Of a stretch of 57,295 nucleotides of DNA, positions 54,831 through 57,295 are shown piece by piece. The notes beneath the pieces were generated by a model that was not told where the DNA came from, did not search any database, and saw nothing but the letters and a program-made list of their open reading frames with translations. Positions within the stretch are counted from its first letter, which is position 1; every line of letters starts with the position of its first letter. The translations under genes and the position numbers were made by a program. Origin of the DNA: a virus (taxonomy: Duplodnaviria > Caudoviricetes); IMG/VR virus record IMGVR_UViG_3300022602_000110, positions 1 through 57,295 of that record; one strand, 5' to 3'.

Positions 54831-55817
54831 TTATGCCTCATATCTTGCGTTTAACGGATCAGAATAACTTTGAACCTGTTCTACTACTTTAACAAGATCG
54901 TAGGAGTTAGCAAACTTCATTAACCTAATTCCAACTTGCGCTATGTTTTTATTCTTACCTAGTTCGTTTGCAATAGTTTCGGCAATTAATACTTTAATTT
55001 CGTCGGGCTGTGCTGTAAGATCGCACAACAGTTTATTACGATTATAATCGTCTAATACACGATGTTCAACCCCTTCGTGATCAGTCCAACGCTGTAACAT
55101 CATGTTGTTCCAATTGTACCCCTTGGAGTTTCGATCTGCGAACGCTTCTCTAAGTCCCACTTTTTTCTTAGTGCCTTTCTCTCTGACTCCGGGATAAGCA
55201 GAAAAGATGTTGTCTGACGTGTCTCCACGCATACACTTTTCGAAGAGGAGCCATTCTGGGTCTGGAGCAGGCTTGGCAACTTTGGTTTTTTTGTCAATAA
55301 CATGTTTTCCCTTTTCATCAAAATAACCTTCGTGTGTAATAGTAACACCACTGACACCATTGTACTGTCGTACATTAGGTGCAATTAATTGTGCAAAGTC
55401 TCCATCTGTACTAATGATAACATGATCATCATTAGGATGTGCTTGAATAAAACCTGCTATCAAATCGTCAGCTTCTAACTGAGGATGTTGTAGAACTGTA
55501 CAGTTTGTACGCTCATTTATAAAATCTTTGAATTGATCAAATGTTTCCCAGAAGATACGATCTTCCTCTTGCTCACGTGGACTTTGAGCCGCACGAGCAT
55601 CAGATCGTTGACGCTTGTAAGGAGCATAGTGATCCTTACGCCAGCTACGACCTTCGAGTGCAAATACAACATGAGTACCTTTAAAATCTTTCCATGCCTT
55701 CCTAACTGAATTAAGAATAACATGCAGGCTCATGCCTACCTTTTCATCAGCCTCGCCTCTTATAACGTGTCTAGCACGAAAGAATGTATTTGCTGTATCT
55801 ACTATAATATATGTCAT
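54831..55817 (-). CDS. rnh: T4-type RNase H / 5'-3' exonuclease (FEN family)
   Basis: Motifs IVDTAN, SWRK...YK..R, LEADDLI, ISTDGDF and GDTSDNI. Confidence 0.93.
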   Translation of the reverse strand: MTYIIVDTANTFFRARHVIRGEADEKVGMSLHVILNSVRKAWKDFKGTHVVFALEGRSWRKDHYAPYKRQRSDARAAQSPREQEEDRIFWETFDQFKDFINERTNCTVLQHPQLEADDLIAGFIQAHPNDDHVIISTDGDFAQLIAPNVRQYNGVSGVTITHEGYFDEKGKHVIDKKTKVAKPAPDPEWLLFEKCMRGDTSDNIFSAYPGVREKGTKKKVGLREAFADRNSKGYNWNNMMLQRWTDHEGVEHRVLDDYNRNKLLCDLTAQPDEIKVLIAETIANELGKNKNIAQVGIRLMKFANSYDLVKVVEQVQSYSDPLNARYEA

Positions 55818-56275
55818 TAACTAATCTCTGTTTTGCCATCATCACGCAAAGCACGATTAACATAACCTGTACCTCTACGACTCATGTCAATACCTTGCTC
55901 TGCACCTACGTTACGACACAATTCACTAAACCAAGCATCAACAATCGCTTCGTCTGTAGGACCGTTGTATCCTGCGCTTTTTAATTGTAACACAAAATAC
56001 TCGTTCCAATCAAGCTCAAAGAAACCGTTTCTGAGATTATCTTTGTTTACGTGAGTATCTAATACAGCTACCCACGGTTCTTTGTTTTCGGTGGCAATTT
56101 CTTTAGGAGTACGTGCATCTTGCTGTGCTTGTTCTTCTTGTATTTTTTCTAAACGATCGATTTCATCTTGTCTAATTTTGGCTTCTTGTTGCAGTTGTGC
56201 TAAATTTGCTTCCAACTGATCGATGCCCATTATTTTTTTAATAAAGTTTTTCATACTCTTCCTTTTAAATTCCAA
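55817..56275 (-). CDS. Hypothetical protein (start may be MKNFIKK at 56254)
   Basis: Sequence EPWV..., GFFELDWNEYF; TAATG coupling to rnh. Confidence 0.7.
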   Translation of the reverse strand: MEFKRKSMKNFIKKIMGIDQLEANLAQLQQEAKIRQDEIDRLEKIQEEQAQQDARTPKEIATENKEPWVAVLDTHVNKDNLRNGFFELDWNEYFVLQLKSAGYNGPTDEAIVDAWFSELCRNVGAEQGIDMSRRGTGYVNRALRDDGKTEIS

Positions 56276-56547
56276 ATTAGGAATTTATTTTTTTCAATCC
56301 AGTAGTGTTGAACAACAGGATCGCCAGGACCGGTAATCCAGTTTTCGCCGTGGTAAGCAAGTTTCCCCCAAAGAGGTTTATTTGTTAGAAAGCACTTTTT
56401 TGGAAACCAACATAGTTTAAGTTTCCAATACTTTGCCCTGCGTAATCCCCAGTCTTCACTTGGCGGCGACTGAGACACATCGTCTTCAAACTTGTTTTGA
56501 GACATTGCCTTTTTTCCGTAATAGCCGACGCCCATCATGTGCCCCAC
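56251..56547 (-). CDS. Hypothetical Trp-rich protein (start uncertain)
   Basis: Fills the gap between QueE and the next gene, overlapping both. Confidence 0.55.
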   Translation of the reverse strand: MGHMMGVGYYGKKAMSQNKFEDDVSQSPPSEDWGLRRAKYWKLKLCWFPKKCFLTNKPLWGKLAYHGENWITGPGDPVVQHYWIEKNKFLIWNLKGRV

Positions 56548-57295
56548 TCATTTTTAAAGAGTGGCACTTGTAAACGATCACTATATCGCCAACCACGTTT
56601 CATTGCGGCAAGGGCAACAGATTTAGCATTGAGAGTGTACACAGACTCAACACCACCAACAGGCATAATGTATATGTGACCTGTAAAGCCGTCTTTTCTA
56701 TATTCGTCAACTGCTTGTTCTGCATCTTGTATATCCTTTTCTGTTGCTACTACAAATTTTAAATATCCTCTACCAAACCATTCGTATTCGGTTACAATTT
56801 TAGGTAGGATTGCTTCTTCCCACTTCTCACCACTCACCGGAAGTTTGGCACTGATACTAAATGTAATCTGTCTGCCTTTGACCTGCTTCTTCCATTTAAA
56901 TAGATACTTTTTAAAATCGTCTGTTAAACGCTGAGTACCATTTGTTTCAAACGTAATTTCTTTAAGACCTTGCATCTTAGGATGATCTAGCAAGTCTGGA
57001 TAAGCACGTTGCCAACCCAACAACGGTTCACCACCTGTAATAACAAGATGTTCATCTCTCCATTCTCCGTGCGGAAGAATTTCCATAATACGTTCAGCAA
57101 TAGCATCGCTTGTGAGCATTGGACTTAGATTTTTGAAATCTGGATGCCAACTAGCATAACTATCACAGCCTGTACTAACCAATGGTAATTGTTCGTACTT
57201 GTCGTAATGGAATGCTACTTGTGCAATAGTGTCTGCCTCATCGCTTAGTTCGCCTTTTGGCATACCAAAGCCCTTACAAGTAAAATTGCAACCAA
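56535..57295 (-). CDS. queE: 7-carboxy-7-deazaguanine synthase QueE-like radical SAM enzyme (start lies beyond the window edge)
   Basis: Frame is open to the edge: GCNFTCKGFGMP...TGCDSY, then VITGGEPL, TFETNG, LKFVV and RYSDRLQ. Confidence 0.8.
   Translation of the reverse strand, partial: GCNFTCKGFGMPKGELSDEADTIAQVAFHYDKYEQLPLVSTGCDSYASWHPDFKNLSPMLTSDAIAERIMEILPHGEWRDEHLVITGGEPLLGWQRAYPDLLDHPKMQGLKEITFETNGTQRLTDDFKKYLFKWKKQVKGRQITFSISAKLPVSGEKWEEAILPKIVTEYEWFGRGYLKFVVATEKDIQDAEQAVDEYRKDGFTGHIYIMPVGGVESVYTLNAKSVALAAMKRGWRYSDRLQVPLFKNEWGT

Noticed and set aside
1-57295. Alternative genetic code (stop codon reassignment)
   Set aside because: Genes are full length and densely packed in the standard code, and TAA, TGA and TAG all appear as ordinary stops.
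1-57295. tRNAs, introns, inteins, integrase, reverse transcriptase/DGR
   Set aside because: None recognised by eye. Portal, gp46, gp47 and rnh are uninterrupted. tRNAscan and cmscan were not run.

Overview
This 57.3 kb AT-rich window comes from a large T4-related (myovirus-type) dsDNA phage genome read in the standard genetic code. From left to right it carries: (1) a minus-strand head cluster with the truncated major capsid gp23, scaffold gp22, protease gp21, an acidic core protein, portal gp20 and a tape-measure-like gene; (2) a divergent gp26/gp51-like pair apparently joined by a -1 slippery site; (3) a ~440 nt highly structured non-coding region directly downstream of a GIY-YIG nuclease; (4) an Hc1-like protein, gp46/gp47 (Rad50/Mre11) separated by a decayed HNH remnant, and the late sigma factor gp55; (5) a ~33 kb plus-strand baseplate/fibre block (gp53-, gp27-, gp5-GH19-, gp25- and gp6-like genes, a 4447 aa protein, and four paralogous fibres) ending at a bidirectional terminator; and (6) a minus-strand block with a MoxR AAA+/vWA-metallopeptidase pair, RNase H and a truncated QueE. 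TAAATA late promoters and sigma70-type promoters are visible. The most interesting signals are the candidate large ncRNA next to the GIY-YIG gene, the gp26/gp51 frameshift, and the HNH scar with a duplicated gp46 start. All calls come from motif recognition by eye; no database search or folding program was run.
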